A DNA stretch of 64,000 nt from an uncultured Candidatus Saccharibacteria bacterium. Its GTDB lineage: Bacteria; Patescibacteriota; Minisyncoccia; Phycocordibacterales; Phycocordibacteraceae. The stretch's first letter is position 1, and each line of letters starts with the position of its first letter. This document shows, one piece after another, positions 54,969 to 63,811 of the stretch. The notes beneath the pieces are model-generated. The model saw only the letters and a program-made list of their open reading frames with translations. It searched no databases and was not told the origin of the DNA. The DNA lies in contig CAYOCH010000002.1 of assembly GCA_964402535.1 (NCBI GenBank), positions 6,661 to 70,660 of the forward strand. The letters are read 5' to 3'. A program made the translations under genes and the position numbers.

Positions 54969-57900
54969 GTGGTGGTCAACAAGTATCTCTCGGCCAACTC
55001 GACCACCTTCGAGGTTGGGACGATCAACGACAGCAACGGCGTCTACGCCTCATCGCTCAAGATCACGGGCGACAACGCGGTCCGCGTGCCGCTCACGCTC
55101 CAGCTCGGCAACTCGGGCGGCAACGTGACCAGTCTGCAGCTCGGCGCCAACACCTCGGTCGCGAGCGGCGCCGTGATCGCGAATATCTATAACGCCAGCA
55201 ATAATCCGGGCATCACGGTCGGTACGAGCCGCACCGACGGCACCGCCTTCACGGTCGCAAACGGGATCACTTATGACGCGAACAAGGTGCCGAACTCGGG
55301 CGGCACCGCGCTCCTCACCGTGCTCGGCGGCGGCAATGTTGGCGTGGGCACCACCTCGCCGTATGCGCTCCTCGCCCTCTCGAACTCAGTGTCGACGCCC
55401 GCTAACACGCCGTTCTTCACGATCTCGAGCACAACCGGCGGCACCTCTACCTCGACCCTCATGACCGTGCTCGCGAACGGGTACGTGGGCATCGGGACGG
55501 CGAGTCCGGGACGATTCCTGGATGTGGTGGCGAGTACCACTGCCGGGACAGAAATCGCGCGATTCACCAACACGCCTGTAAGCAATCGGTATATCTCTGT
55601 CCGCACGGTGGGCGCGTCTGATTTCGGCGGTGCGTACATCGGCGGGCCGATGTTGGACAGCAGTGATCCCCAGGTCATTTTCGGCAAGAATCTGTTACTG
55701 CCAAGTAACGGTGCGAATATAGCATTGGCTCAATCCAGCTTGACGAGTTCGTCTGCCGGGGGAACGGTGCTGACGAGCGGCGGATCGACGGCCCAAGCCG
55801 GGACAACTATCCAGCTGGGGAATAGCTCGACTTTCCAAGGGAATCTGTACGTTAAAGATGGGTCGGGGAACACGGTGATGACAGTCCAACCGACAGGTAA
55901 TGTCGGTATTGGTGCCACCGCACCAACCTCGCCCTTGACGGTCGTGACGCCCTCACTGTGGGGCAATGGGGCAGCAGGCGAGAATCTAGGCGTGACGGTC
56001 AACCCGTCGGCCAACGGCACGCTCTATGGGCTTTTTAACCTGACAAGTGTCACGGCCACGACCACGACCGGCAACGCGGCCGTCGTCGGCTCTCAGAACA
56101 CGGTGACGGCCACCAATAACAACGGCGGCAACACCACGCTCACCGCCGTCTCTGGGACGACGAACAACACCGGCGGTGGGAGCGCAAGCCAGATGACCGG
56201 CTTCTTTACGAATCCGGCGGTCTATAACACCGGTTCGTCGGTGAGCTCGCTCTATAACTTCTACGCAAACGACGTCTATCTCGGCAACGGCACCTCGCAG
56301 CCCTTCGGCTCGGTCAACAAGCTCTACGGCTATTATGTCGGTGCGCTCCAGAGCGCCTCGACCAACTACGGCCTCTTCTTCGCCAACAACCCGAACGGCG
56401 GCTCGATCGCCTCGGCCGCCTCGACCAACATCTCGATCCTGCCCGGCTCGGGCGGGAGCGTGGGGATCGGCACCACATCGCCGTGGGCACAACTTTCGGT
56501 CAACCCGAACGGGATCGCGGGCCCCGCCTTCGCGATCGGCTCCTCGACCGCGACGAACTTCGTCGTGACGAACGGCGGGAATGTGGGGATCAACACGGTT
56601 AACGCGACGAACGCTCTCACGTTCGGCGCGACAGGCGGCTATGAGATCTCGACGGAGCCGAACAATGCAAACGACCTCAACATCACGACGAACGCGACGA
56701 ACGGCGGCGGGATCTCTCTCGGTGCAAGAAACTCGAACAAATCGATCTATGTGAGTATCGGGGGTGGAGTCGGTATCGGCACGACCTCGCCGCGCGCCGC
56801 TCTTGAGATCGGCGGCAGCGCGAACCCGTCCGTCTACCTCAACTCGCAATATTCAACGCCGAGCACGATGCAGTGGTATATCCCGAACATCGCGACGATG
56901 TCGCTCGTCGCAAATGCGGTCGGGAACGAAAACGCAAACGCGCAGTGGGTCATGGACATGGGCTCTAGTGACGGCCTTACAGATTCTTTTGGCGTACTCC
57001 GCGCTAGTACCGTGGGTTCCACCCGCGTGCCGTTCTTCGTGGTGAACAACAACGGCAACACCGGCATCGGCACCACGACGCCGGGCGGCGACCTCTCGAT
57101 CGCAGGCAGCGCCGGCGGCACCAACCCGCTCTTCCTCATCTCTTCGAGTACCTCGGGCTACGCGACCTCGACCGCGTTCATGGTCGACAGTTACGGCAGC
57201 CTTGGCATCGGTCGGGTGCCGAACGCGCAGCTCTCAGTGGCTGGCGACGCCTATATCGGTACTGGCGCAGGCTCCTTCACCTTCACCTCCAACTACAACT
57301 TCAACGCACAAGGCACCAACTTCGGCCCGAGCCTCAACATCTCTGATGGCGATGCGACAAACCGCTGGGCCTCACTGCGCCTATCGACGGCGGGCGGTCA
57401 ATGGGAGATGGCCGACATGGGCGGGAACCTCGGATTCCTCCGCGGCTCGAACAATCGCGTAGTGATCGGTCGCTCCGATAGCAGCAATGCGAACCTGAAC
57501 GTCTACAACGACGCCAACACCATCCTCTTCACGGTTCAGCCGACGGGCTACGTCGGTATCGGTCCGAGCAACCCAGTTAATCAGCTCGACATCGGCATCG
57601 GGCCGTTCGCAACCGCCAAGACGGCCAACTTCAGCACCCTCAACATCGCGAACACGGCGACCTCCTCGTCGTCGTTCACGAAGACCGGCATGCAGATCTC
57701 ATCGACCGGCGCGTGGACAGGCCCGAACTACGGCCTCTATGTCTCGGCGGTCTCGGGCGGCACCAACAACTACGACGCGATCTTCAACGGCGGCGGCAAC
57801 GTCGGTATCGGCACCACGACGCCTTCGGATCTCTTGTCACTCGCTTCAACTAATCCGAGAATCGACCTGTTTGACACGAATGTTTCGGGTCCGGCGCGTG

Positions 57901-60281
57901 TCGCACTCACGGCGTATGGCGGAACCAATGCAAACGCTGCTCTGCAGACGCGTACGAATGTCCCGCTGATTTTCGGTGCAAATTCTAGTGCCAGCCAGCT
58001 CGTGCTCGCAACAAATGGCAACGTCGGCATCGGCACCACGACGCCCGGGAAGCCTCTCACTATCGCTGCTACGGGTTCCGGACCGTCTATCGGCACGGGA
58101 ATGCTTTCGCTCGTAGGTCCGCACAATACGACTGCTCGCCCTGAAATATTCTTCCAGAATTCCGCTGCCGGGACGACATATACCGGCGGTCTGCGCTGGT
58201 ATGACGGCAATGGCAACGAAGGGTGGGGTATTGAAAGCAATAGGGCCATAGGAACCGGTTATCTCGAATTCAACATTGCTGGCTCCAATAAGATGGTTCT
58301 CGACCCGTCTGGAAATGTCGGCATCGGCTCAACGAGCCCCACCTATACGCTTTCAGTTGACAAAGGCAGCGTCGGCAACCAGGCGGCATTCGGGCATACG
58401 GCCAAGGGATATCTCTATGACGACGGCACCAACTTCTGGCTTTCAAGTGCGGCGAGCGTGGCCGGCCCCGGCATAGGCTTTGCGCAATCTCTCGGTACCG
58501 CCTATCTGACCTATGCGACCGGGCAGGTAGGATTTACGATGGACAACTCTGGCAATGTCGGTATCGGCCGGAGCCCGGGCGTGCGGCTGGACGTGCAGGG
58601 TGTGAACAGCTCGTCGATCGTGCGGATTACGGCGGGCGGCGCGGGCGTCATACTCGGAGCCGACGTGGCGGGGAATGCGCTCTATGGGAACTCCGCCTAT
58701 GGCACCGCGCTGACCCTAAGCGCCGCGGGTGCCTTGCGCTTGAATGCCTATGGGGCGGGTACGCTCACGACCGATGCGAGTGGTAATGTCACGGCATCTT
58801 CCGATGCTCGCCTGAAGAATGTGGATGGAGGCTACACGCGCGGCCTCGAGGCGATACGCGGATTGTCGCCCCAGCTCTACCACTGGAACGCGGCGAGCGG
58901 ACTCGATCAGACGACGCAGTATGCCGGCTTTATCGCGCAGAACGTACGGCAGTACATTCCCGAGGCAGTCGGACAGACGCCGAGCGGTTATCTGACGCTC
59001 GCCGACCGTCCTATTGAAGCGGCGCTCGTGAATGCCGTGCAGCAGCTCGATAACCGAACGAGCTGGATCCAGGTAGCGAGCTCGAGCGCAACGACCACAC
59101 CGGTGCTCACCTTCGACCCGACGACAGGCCGCGTCGGCATCGGGTCGACCACGCCGACCCACACCCTCACGGTCGCAGGCGACGTCGGCGCGATCGCCTT
59201 CGTCAACACCTCGACACGAGACGCCAAGACTGACATCTCCTACGTGAACGCCTCGACGACCGAGGATATGCTGAACGCGCTCGTGAACCTCAAGGTCGCG
59301 ACCTATCACTACAAGGTCGAGCCCGAGACCGATCCGCTCCGCCTCGGCTTCATCGCAGAGGATGCAGCTAAGATCGCGCCCGAGATCCTCTCGCCGGACG
59401 GCAAGGGCGTCGACCTCTACAAGCTCGCGACCTTCACGCTCGCCGGCGTCCAGTCGCTCGCTGCGAAGGTCGATGTGCAAGGGACCAAGATCACCTCGCT
59501 TGAACAGCGCGTTGCGGCGCTCGAGAGCGGGGCAGTGTCGGTGGGCAGCTCGGCGCCGCAGCTCTCGACGAGCTCGCTCGCGAGCGCGATCTCGAGCATC
59601 ACGGAGGTCCTCAATATCGGCAAGCTCGTGTCGCAGACGTTCTATGCGGCGCAGGGCTTCTTCGACCGCTTGACGGCGGCGAACGCGACGATCGGTTCCT
59701 CGTCGACGCCGTCTGGCGTAACCTTCTTCGACACGGTTACCAAGCAGCCGTTCTGCTTCACGATCGCGAACGGAGTACCGACCACGACGCCGGGCGTCTG
59801 CGCCACCTCGAATGAGACGACCAATCCGTTCGCGACGTCGACACCGGCTGCTGCTGCAGCGACGAGCTCGCCGATCTCGGTGCTCGGCGCCAACCCGCTC
59901 CTGCTCGCGGTCGGGGCGACCTTCACCGACCCTGGCGTCACGGTCGCGAGCGGGGCAGCGGTGACCACATTCGTGAACGGCATACAGCAAGTGGTCTCAT
60001 CGACGACGATCAGCACGCTTAGTCCGACGACCTATATCATCACCTACCAGTCAACTGACGCCACGGGCGCACTCATATCGGCGACTCGCTCGGTGATAGT
60101 GGGGAACCCCGACGGCACGGTCTCGACCGGCGTTTCGACGACGACCGCTACCAGCACACCGATCACGATCCAGACGGTTGCGACGAGTACCACAGCCTCG
60201 TCTAGCCCGATCACGATCACTCCGGTCGACACCACCACAACCGCCTCAACGACATCCGCCACCTCAACTTCTGCACTTTAA
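54969..60281 (+). CDS. C-terminal part (1770 aa) of the giant repeat protein: repeats + two tandem S74 intramolecular-chaperone domains + DUF5011 Ig-like domain + Thr/Ser tail
   Basis: Same frame as 43263..54920 with no stop in the 48-nt gap; only a GTG start. Shares repeat families with the upstream ORF. S74-like domains: SDARLKNVDGGYTRGLEAIRGLSPQLYHW…GFIAQNVRQYIPEAV…GYLTLADRPIEAALVNAVQQLD (~58800-59090) and DAKTDISYVNAS…LKVATYHYK…LGFIAEDAAKIAPEIL…GVDLYKLATFTLAGVQSLAAKV…LEQRVAALE (~59220-59560). DUF5011-like …PGVTVASGAAVTTFVNGIQQV…TYIITYQSTDATGALISATRSVIV (~59880-60110). Confidence 0.75.
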   Translation: MVVNKYLSANSTTFEVGTINDSNGVYASSLKITGDNAVRVPLTLQLGNSGGNVTSLQLGANTSVASGAVIANIYNASNNPGITVGTSRTDGTAFTVANGITYDANKVPNSGGTALLTVLGGGNVGVGTTSPYALLALSNSVSTPANTPFFTISSTTGGTSTSTLMTVLANGYVGIGTASPGRFLDVVASTTAGTEIARFTNTPVSNRYISVRTVGASDFGGAYIGGPMLDSSDPQVIFGKNLLLPSNGANIALAQSSLTSSSAGGTVLTSGGSTAQAGTTIQLGNSSTFQGNLYVKDGSGNTVMTVQPTGNVGIGATAPTSPLTVVTPSLWGNGAAGENLGVTVNPSANGTLYGLFNLTSVTATTTTGNAAVVGSQNTVTATNNNGGNTTLTAVSGTTNNTGGGSASQMTGFFTNPAVYNTGSSVSSLYNFYANDVYLGNGTSQPFGSVNKLYGYYVGALQSASTNYGLFFANNPNGGSIASAASTNISILPGSGGSVGIGTTSPWAQLSVNPNGIAGPAFAIGSSTATNFVVTNGGNVGINTVNATNALTFGATGGYEISTEPNNANDLNITTNATNGGGISLGARNSNKSIYVSIGGGVGIGTTSPRAALEIGGSANPSVYLNSQYSTPSTMQWYIPNIATMSLVANAVGNENANAQWVMDMGSSDGLTDSFGVLRASTVGSTRVPFFVVNNNGNTGIGTTTPGGDLSIAGSAGGTNPLFLISSSTSGYATSTAFMVDSYGSLGIGRVPNAQLSVAGDAYIGTGAGSFTFTSNYNFNAQGTNFGPSLNISDGDATNRWASLRLSTAGGQWEMADMGGNLGFLRGSNNRVVIGRSDSSNANLNVYNDANTILFTVQPTGYVGIGPSNPVNQLDIGIGPFATAKTANFSTLNIANTATSSSSFTKTGMQISSTGAWTGPNYGLYVSAVSGGTNNYDAIFNGGGNVGIGTTTPSDLLSLASTNPRIDLFDTNVSGPARVALTAYGGTNANAALQTRTNVPLIFGANSSASQLVLATNGNVGIGTTTPGKPLTIAATGSGPSIGTGMLSLVGPHNTTARPEIFFQNSAAGTTYTGGLRWYDGNGNEGWGIESNRAIGTGYLEFNIAGSNKMVLDPSGNVGIGSTSPTYTLSVDKGSVGNQAAFGHTAKGYLYDDGTNFWLSSAASVAGPGIGFAQSLGTAYLTYATGQVGFTMDNSGNVGIGRSPGVRLDVQGVNSSSIVRITAGGAGVILGADVAGNALYGNSAYGTALTLSAAGALRLNAYGAGTLTTDASGNVTASSDARLKNVDGGYTRGLEAIRGLSPQLYHWNAASGLDQTTQYAGFIAQNVRQYIPEAVGQTPSGYLTLADRPIEAALVNAVQQLDNRTSWIQVASSSATTTPVLTFDPTTGRVGIGSTTPTHTLTVAGDVGAIAFVNTSTRDAKTDISYVNASTTEDMLNALVNLKVATYHYKVEPETDPLRLGFIAEDAAKIAPEILSPDGKGVDLYKLATFTLAGVQSLAAKVDVQGTKITSLEQRVAALESGAVSVGSSAPQLSTSSLASAISSITEVLNIGKLVSQTFYAAQGFFDRLTAANATIGSSSTPSGVTFFDTVTKQPFCFTIANGVPTTTPGVCATSNETTNPFATSTPAAAAATSSPISVLGANPLLLAVGATFTDPGVTVASGAAVTTFVNGIQQVVSSTTISTLSPTTYIITYQSTDATGALISATRSVIVGNPDGTVSTGVSTTTATSTPITIQTVATSTTASSSPITITPVDTTTTASTTSATSTSAL

Positions 60282-60295
60282 CGATACTCTGCTCT

Positions 60296-61039
60296 GAATG
60301 AAGGACATCGTATGTCCTTCATTCAAGCTTTTCGTAAGGCTTGAAGCTCGAATCTGAATCGCGGAGATATTCGTGAATGGACACGGAATAGCTTCCGAGA
60401 GCGTCTTTGAATAGCGTCGGTGATAAGAGGGAAGGGAAGTTGTGTTCACCAGTATAATCCGGATAGCTGCTCCAACGATACGTACGCAAATATTTCAAAG
60501 CATCATCCACATTTCGTATTCCAGCCTTCTCGCGTAGACGCCACTGTTCAGCCCCTGGTAGATAATCAAGCGGATTCAAGTGAATGTAGTGAAGGATGTA
60601 CAAGAAGTGCGAGTCGCGGTCGATCAGAATCTTCTTGGTGCGGCCCTGGAAGAGAGTGCCGCTGCGTGAATATCGCTCGTTGAAATATTTTGCGTAGCCG
60701 ACGTTGAGCTTTCGTAAGAAGAGGCTCATGGCACCGTCGACGCGTTCGCTCAACAGCAGGTGGTAGTGATTTTTCATCAGTACCCAGCCATGGATGTCGA
60801 CTAGCAGCTCCCGCGGTTCCCTAAATGAAGGACATACGAAGTCCCTCATGGCAGTCGGGTCAAATAGGCGCCACACGTTGTCTGCGGGTGCTGTATCGTT
60901 AAACTCATAGAGATCGTGCACGAAGCGAGCGTAATCCTGGGTATCAAGGAACAAATCTCTCCCCTCAACGCCGCGATTTAGGACGTGCCAAAGTTCCATA
61001 TACATCATGATACATGAAGGACATACGATGTCTTTCATG
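60296..61039 (-). mobile_element. second IS200/RAYT-like element: Y1 transposase flanked by ~27-nt hairpins
   Basis: Perfect hairpin GAATGAAGGACAT-CGT-ATGTCCTTCATTC at 60296-60324 and CATGAAGGACAT-ACG-ATGTCTTTCATG at 61013-61039; a degenerate third copy lies inside the gene at 60823-60849. Confidence 0.6.
60319..60999 (-). CDS. IS200-like Y1 (HuH) transposase / RAYT, copy 2
   Basis: HuH motif MKNHYHLLL, …FQGRTKKILIDRDSHFLYILHYIHLNPL…; divergent homolog of 40149..40850. The track start 61038 lies inside the flanking hairpin, so the internal ATG (MELWHVL…) is preferred. Confidence 0.65.
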   Translation of the reverse strand: MELWHVLNRGVEGRDLFLDTQDYARFVHDLYEFNDTAPADNVWRLFDPTAMRDFVCPSFREPRELLVDIHGWVLMKNHYHLLLSERVDGAMSLFLRKLNVGYAKYFNERYSRSGTLFQGRTKKILIDRDSHFLYILHYIHLNPLDYLPGAEQWRLREKAGIRNVDDALKYLRTYRWSSYPDYTGEHNFPSLLSPTLFKDALGSYSVSIHEYLRDSDSSFKPYEKLE

Positions 61040-61115
61040 CAGATGACCTCCCAGTGGACAACGAAGACGAACTATGGCACAGTGATTCCTGTCATAGTCC
61101 TTTGGGAGAGAAGTC

Positions 61116-61754
61116 ATGGATGCATGCAACGACGGGCATGTGCTGCCCGCACGGCCGCTCGAGGTCGCACTCGGGTTCAAGGAGTACGTGCTTGAGCTCA
61201 TCGATAACCCGGATATCCCGACGCGCGACGTCGTCTCGGTGCTCACGAAGCAGCCAGGCGTCGTCGCCTACTTCTTGCGGGCGGCGAACGAGGCGTGCGA
61301 GGCGAGCCGGAGGATGAGGAACAGCAAGCCGCGTACGGTCGCGGCTGTCGTGAACACGCTCGGGCTCGTCTACATCGCGCGGCATATGGACGCCTTTACC
61401 GGTGCCGGCGAGCCAGAGGGCGGTCGGCTCGTGCGCGGCGCTATCGACGCCTGCGGCGTCGCCAAGGTCCTCGCTGGGCTCGCTGAAGAGCGGCTCGGCA
61501 AGATCTGGGCGCCTGAATACTTCCTCGTCGGGCTCATGGACCGCAGCTTCATGCGGGACAACGAGCTTTTGGGGATCTGCAATCGCGACCTGATCGAATG
61601 CTACACCGGGCTGCGGCCCGGCGGCCCTGTCATCGCAGAGGCCGAGGCGCTCATCGAGGCGTTCCGCAAGGGCCTGTCGACGCGCGTGCCGCTCTACGCG
61701 GTCTGGAAGCGTGCCGTGAGCGATACGGAGGAGCTCTTCAGGAGCATCAGCTGA
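61116..61754 (+). CDS. HDOD-domain-like protein
   Basis: GGGAGAG RBS; …YVLELIDNPDIPTRDVVSVLTKQPGVVAYFLRAANEA… resembles the HDOD signalling domain. Confidence 0.5.
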   Translation: MDACNDGHVLPARPLEVALGFKEYVLELIDNPDIPTRDVVSVLTKQPGVVAYFLRAANEACEASRRMRNSKPRTVAAVVNTLGLVYIARHMDAFTGAGEPEGGRLVRGAIDACGVAKVLAGLAEERLGKIWAPEYFLVGLMDRSFMRDNELLGICNRDLIECYTGLRPGGPVIAEAEALIEAFRKGLSTRVPLYAVWKRAVSDTEELFRSIS

Positions 61755-61774
61755 ATGAGAGCGCAGACTTCGCA

Positions 61775-61798
61775 ACGGGTCCTACGGGACCCGTTTTT
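61775..61798. terminator. bidirectional intrinsic terminator
   Basis: acgggtcc-tac-gggacccgt followed by TTTTT, between convergent HDOD(+) and recR(-). Confidence 0.6.
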
Positions 61799-61801
61799 CA
61801 T

Positions 61802-62434
61802 TTATGCCTCGTGACGGTTCACGAGCGCGGCGCGCAGCGTCTCGGCGTCGGCGTACTCGAGCTCGCTGCCGGTAGAGAGACCGCGGCCGAGGAGCGAGAT
61901 GGTGAGCGAGTCACGATAGGGTGCGAGCAGCTCGCGAACGCGGTCGCTCGTGTGCTCGCCCTCGCTCGTCGCTCCGAGCGCGAGCACGACCTCTTTTCCG
62001 CCAGAGGCGGACCCGCCTTTGGCGGGCAGGCTCGTCTTTAAATGTTTATCAACTCGTCGCACGAGCTCCTTCTCTCGGATCGCACCCTTGCCGGTCAGGG
62101 TGAGTACGCCGCCGAGAACGAAGTAGCGGCCCTTGTAGGTGCCGGCGCGCTCGATGGCGGCCAGGTCCTGATCCTTCTCGACTACCATGAGCTGCGCATC
62201 GTCGCGGTGCGTGTCGGTGCAGTAGTTGCAGACCGTTGCCATCGTGCCGTTGAAGTAGCGCATGCAGTCGGGGCACTGATGCACGTCCTTGCCGAGCGAA
62301 GCGATCAGCTCTGCGAGCCGTGCGCGGTCCGCGGCGTTTGAGGTGAGGAGGTGAAAGACGAAGCGCTTGGCCTGTCGCGGGCCGATGCCGGGCAGTTTAG
62401 CGAGCGCCTGTGCGAGTGCGTCGATGTGATCCAT
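61802..62434 (-). CDS. recR: recombination protein RecR
   Basis: HhH (LPGIGPRQAKR), C4 zinc finger (CPDC…CNYC), Toprim domain. Confidence 0.85.
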   Translation of the reverse strand: MDHIDALAQALAKLPGIGPRQAKRFVFHLLTSNAADRARLAELIASLGKDVHQCPDCMRYFNGTMATVCNYCTDTHRDDAQLMVVEKDQDLAAIERAGTYKGRYFVLGGVLTLTGKGAIREKELVRRVDKHLKTSLPAKGGSASGGKEVVLALGATSEGEHTSDRVRELLAPYRDSLTISLLGRGLSTGSELEYADAETLRAALVNRHEA

Positions 62435-63795
62435 TAAAACTCTGCAGCGAGGTCGCCGTAGCCGGAAGTGTCGACGGGCTGGAAGGTCGCGCGCTTCTCG
62501 TCGAAGAAGAGCTCGGCGGCGCCGGTCGGCCCGTTGCGGTGCTTCTCAACGAGGATCTCGGCGATATTAGGGCGATCGCTCTCGGGATTGCGCTTGTCAT
62601 CGCGGTGGATGAACATCACCACGTCGGCGTCCTGCTCGATCGAGCCGGAGTCGCGCAGGTCTGAGAGGCGTGGCTTGCCTCCGCGCTGCTCGACCGCGCG
62701 TGAGAGCTGCGAGAGGGCGATCACCGGCACCTGGAGCTCGCGCGCGAGGCCCTTCAGCGACCGCGAGATCTCGGTGACCTGCTGCACAAGCGAGTCCGAG
62801 GCCTTGGTGTTGGTCGGCGCCATGAGCTGCAGGTAGTCGACGACGATGAGGCCGATACCGCGCTCGCGCTTCAAGCGCCTCGCGACCGCGCGCATCGCGA
62901 GGATGTTGTTGCCTGGCTTGTCGTCGATGTAGATCGGCGCCTTCGAGAGCGACTCAAGCGCGTCGCGGATGCGGCTGAAGTCCTCCTCTTCGCGCACCTG
63001 GCCGGTTCTGAGCTTCCACGAGTTGACGAACGATTCGGCCGCGAGCATGCGGTCGATGAGCTGCTCTGAGCTCATCTCGAGCGAGAAGATGCCGACCGGC
63101 ACGTTGTGGCGGATCGCCGCGTTGCGGGCGATGTCGAGGGCGAGGGAGGTCTTACCCATCGATGGTCGCGCCGCGAGGATCACGAGGTCGGATGGATGGA
63201 AGCCGGAGAGAAGGTTGTCGAGGGTAGGGAAGCCGGAGGGCACGCCGCGGATGCCGCCCTCCTTGTGCGAGAGCGCCTCGAGACGCTCCCATGCCTCGTG
63301 CACCTTGTCGCCGATCGCGGTGAACTTGTGCGCAGCCGACTGGTCGCCGATCGCGTAGATCGACTTCTCAGCCTCGTCGAGGACCTCCATCGTCTCGCGC
63401 GACTCGTCGTAAGCAGACTCGGTGATGCCGTAAGCCGCGTCGATCAGCGAGCGCATCACGTGCTTGCGGGAGACGAGATCAGCGTAGTGGCTGTAGTTGC
63501 CGGGAGCCGGTGCAGAGCCCGCAAGCTCGGCCAAGTAGCTCCGGCCGCCGGCACGCTCGAGGAGCCCCTGATCCTGGAGGCGCTGTGAGAGCGAGAGCTG
63601 GTCGATCGGCTCGCCGCGCTGCGCGAGCTCGCCCATCGCGCCGAAGATGATCCGATGCTTCTCGGCGTAGAAGGAGTCGGGGCGGATGGTGTCAGAGACG
63701 TCGTGGATCGCGTCTGGCTTCAAGAGAAGGGCGCCGAGGAGCGCGCGTTCAGACTCGAGCGATTGGGGCGGGACGCGGTCCGCGGTGGTAGCCAT
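62434..63795 (-). CDS. dnaB: replicative DNA helicase DnaB
   Basis: Walker A (ARPSMGKTSLAL), …GIPSGFPTLDNLLSG…, RecA-like C-terminal domain. Confidence 0.9.
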   Translation of the reverse strand: MATTADRVPPQSLESERALLGALLLKPDAIHDVSDTIRPDSFYAEKHRIIFGAMGELAQRGEPIDQLSLSQRLQDQGLLERAGGRSYLAELAGSAPAPGNYSHYADLVSRKHVMRSLIDAAYGITESAYDESRETMEVLDEAEKSIYAIGDQSAAHKFTAIGDKVHEAWERLEALSHKEGGIRGVPSGFPTLDNLLSGFHPSDLVILAARPSMGKTSLALDIARNAAIRHNVPVGIFSLEMSSEQLIDRMLAAESFVNSWKLRTGQVREEEDFSRIRDALESLSKAPIYIDDKPGNNILAMRAVARRLKRERGIGLIVVDYLQLMAPTNTKASDSLVQQVTEISRSLKGLARELQVPVIALSQLSRAVEQRGGKPRLSDLRDSGSIEQDADVVMFIHRDDKRNPESDRPNIAEILVEKHRNGPTGAAELFFDEKRATFQPVDTSGYGDLAAEF

Positions 63796-63811
63796 TGCGC
63801 CGATTATACCT

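Noticed and set aside
43263-60281. CRISPR array or DGR variable region as an explanation for the periodic repeats
   Set aside because: Repeats are 75-150 nt, lie in frame inside a coding sequence, and lack unique spacers of constant length. There is no reverse transcriptase or cas gene nearby.
40149-61038. TnpB/IscB-type RNA-guided nuclease accompanying the IS200-like transposases
   Set aside because: No ~400-aa RuvC-motif ORF is adjacent to either Y1 transposase. The neighbours are rmuC, rplU and an HDOD protein.
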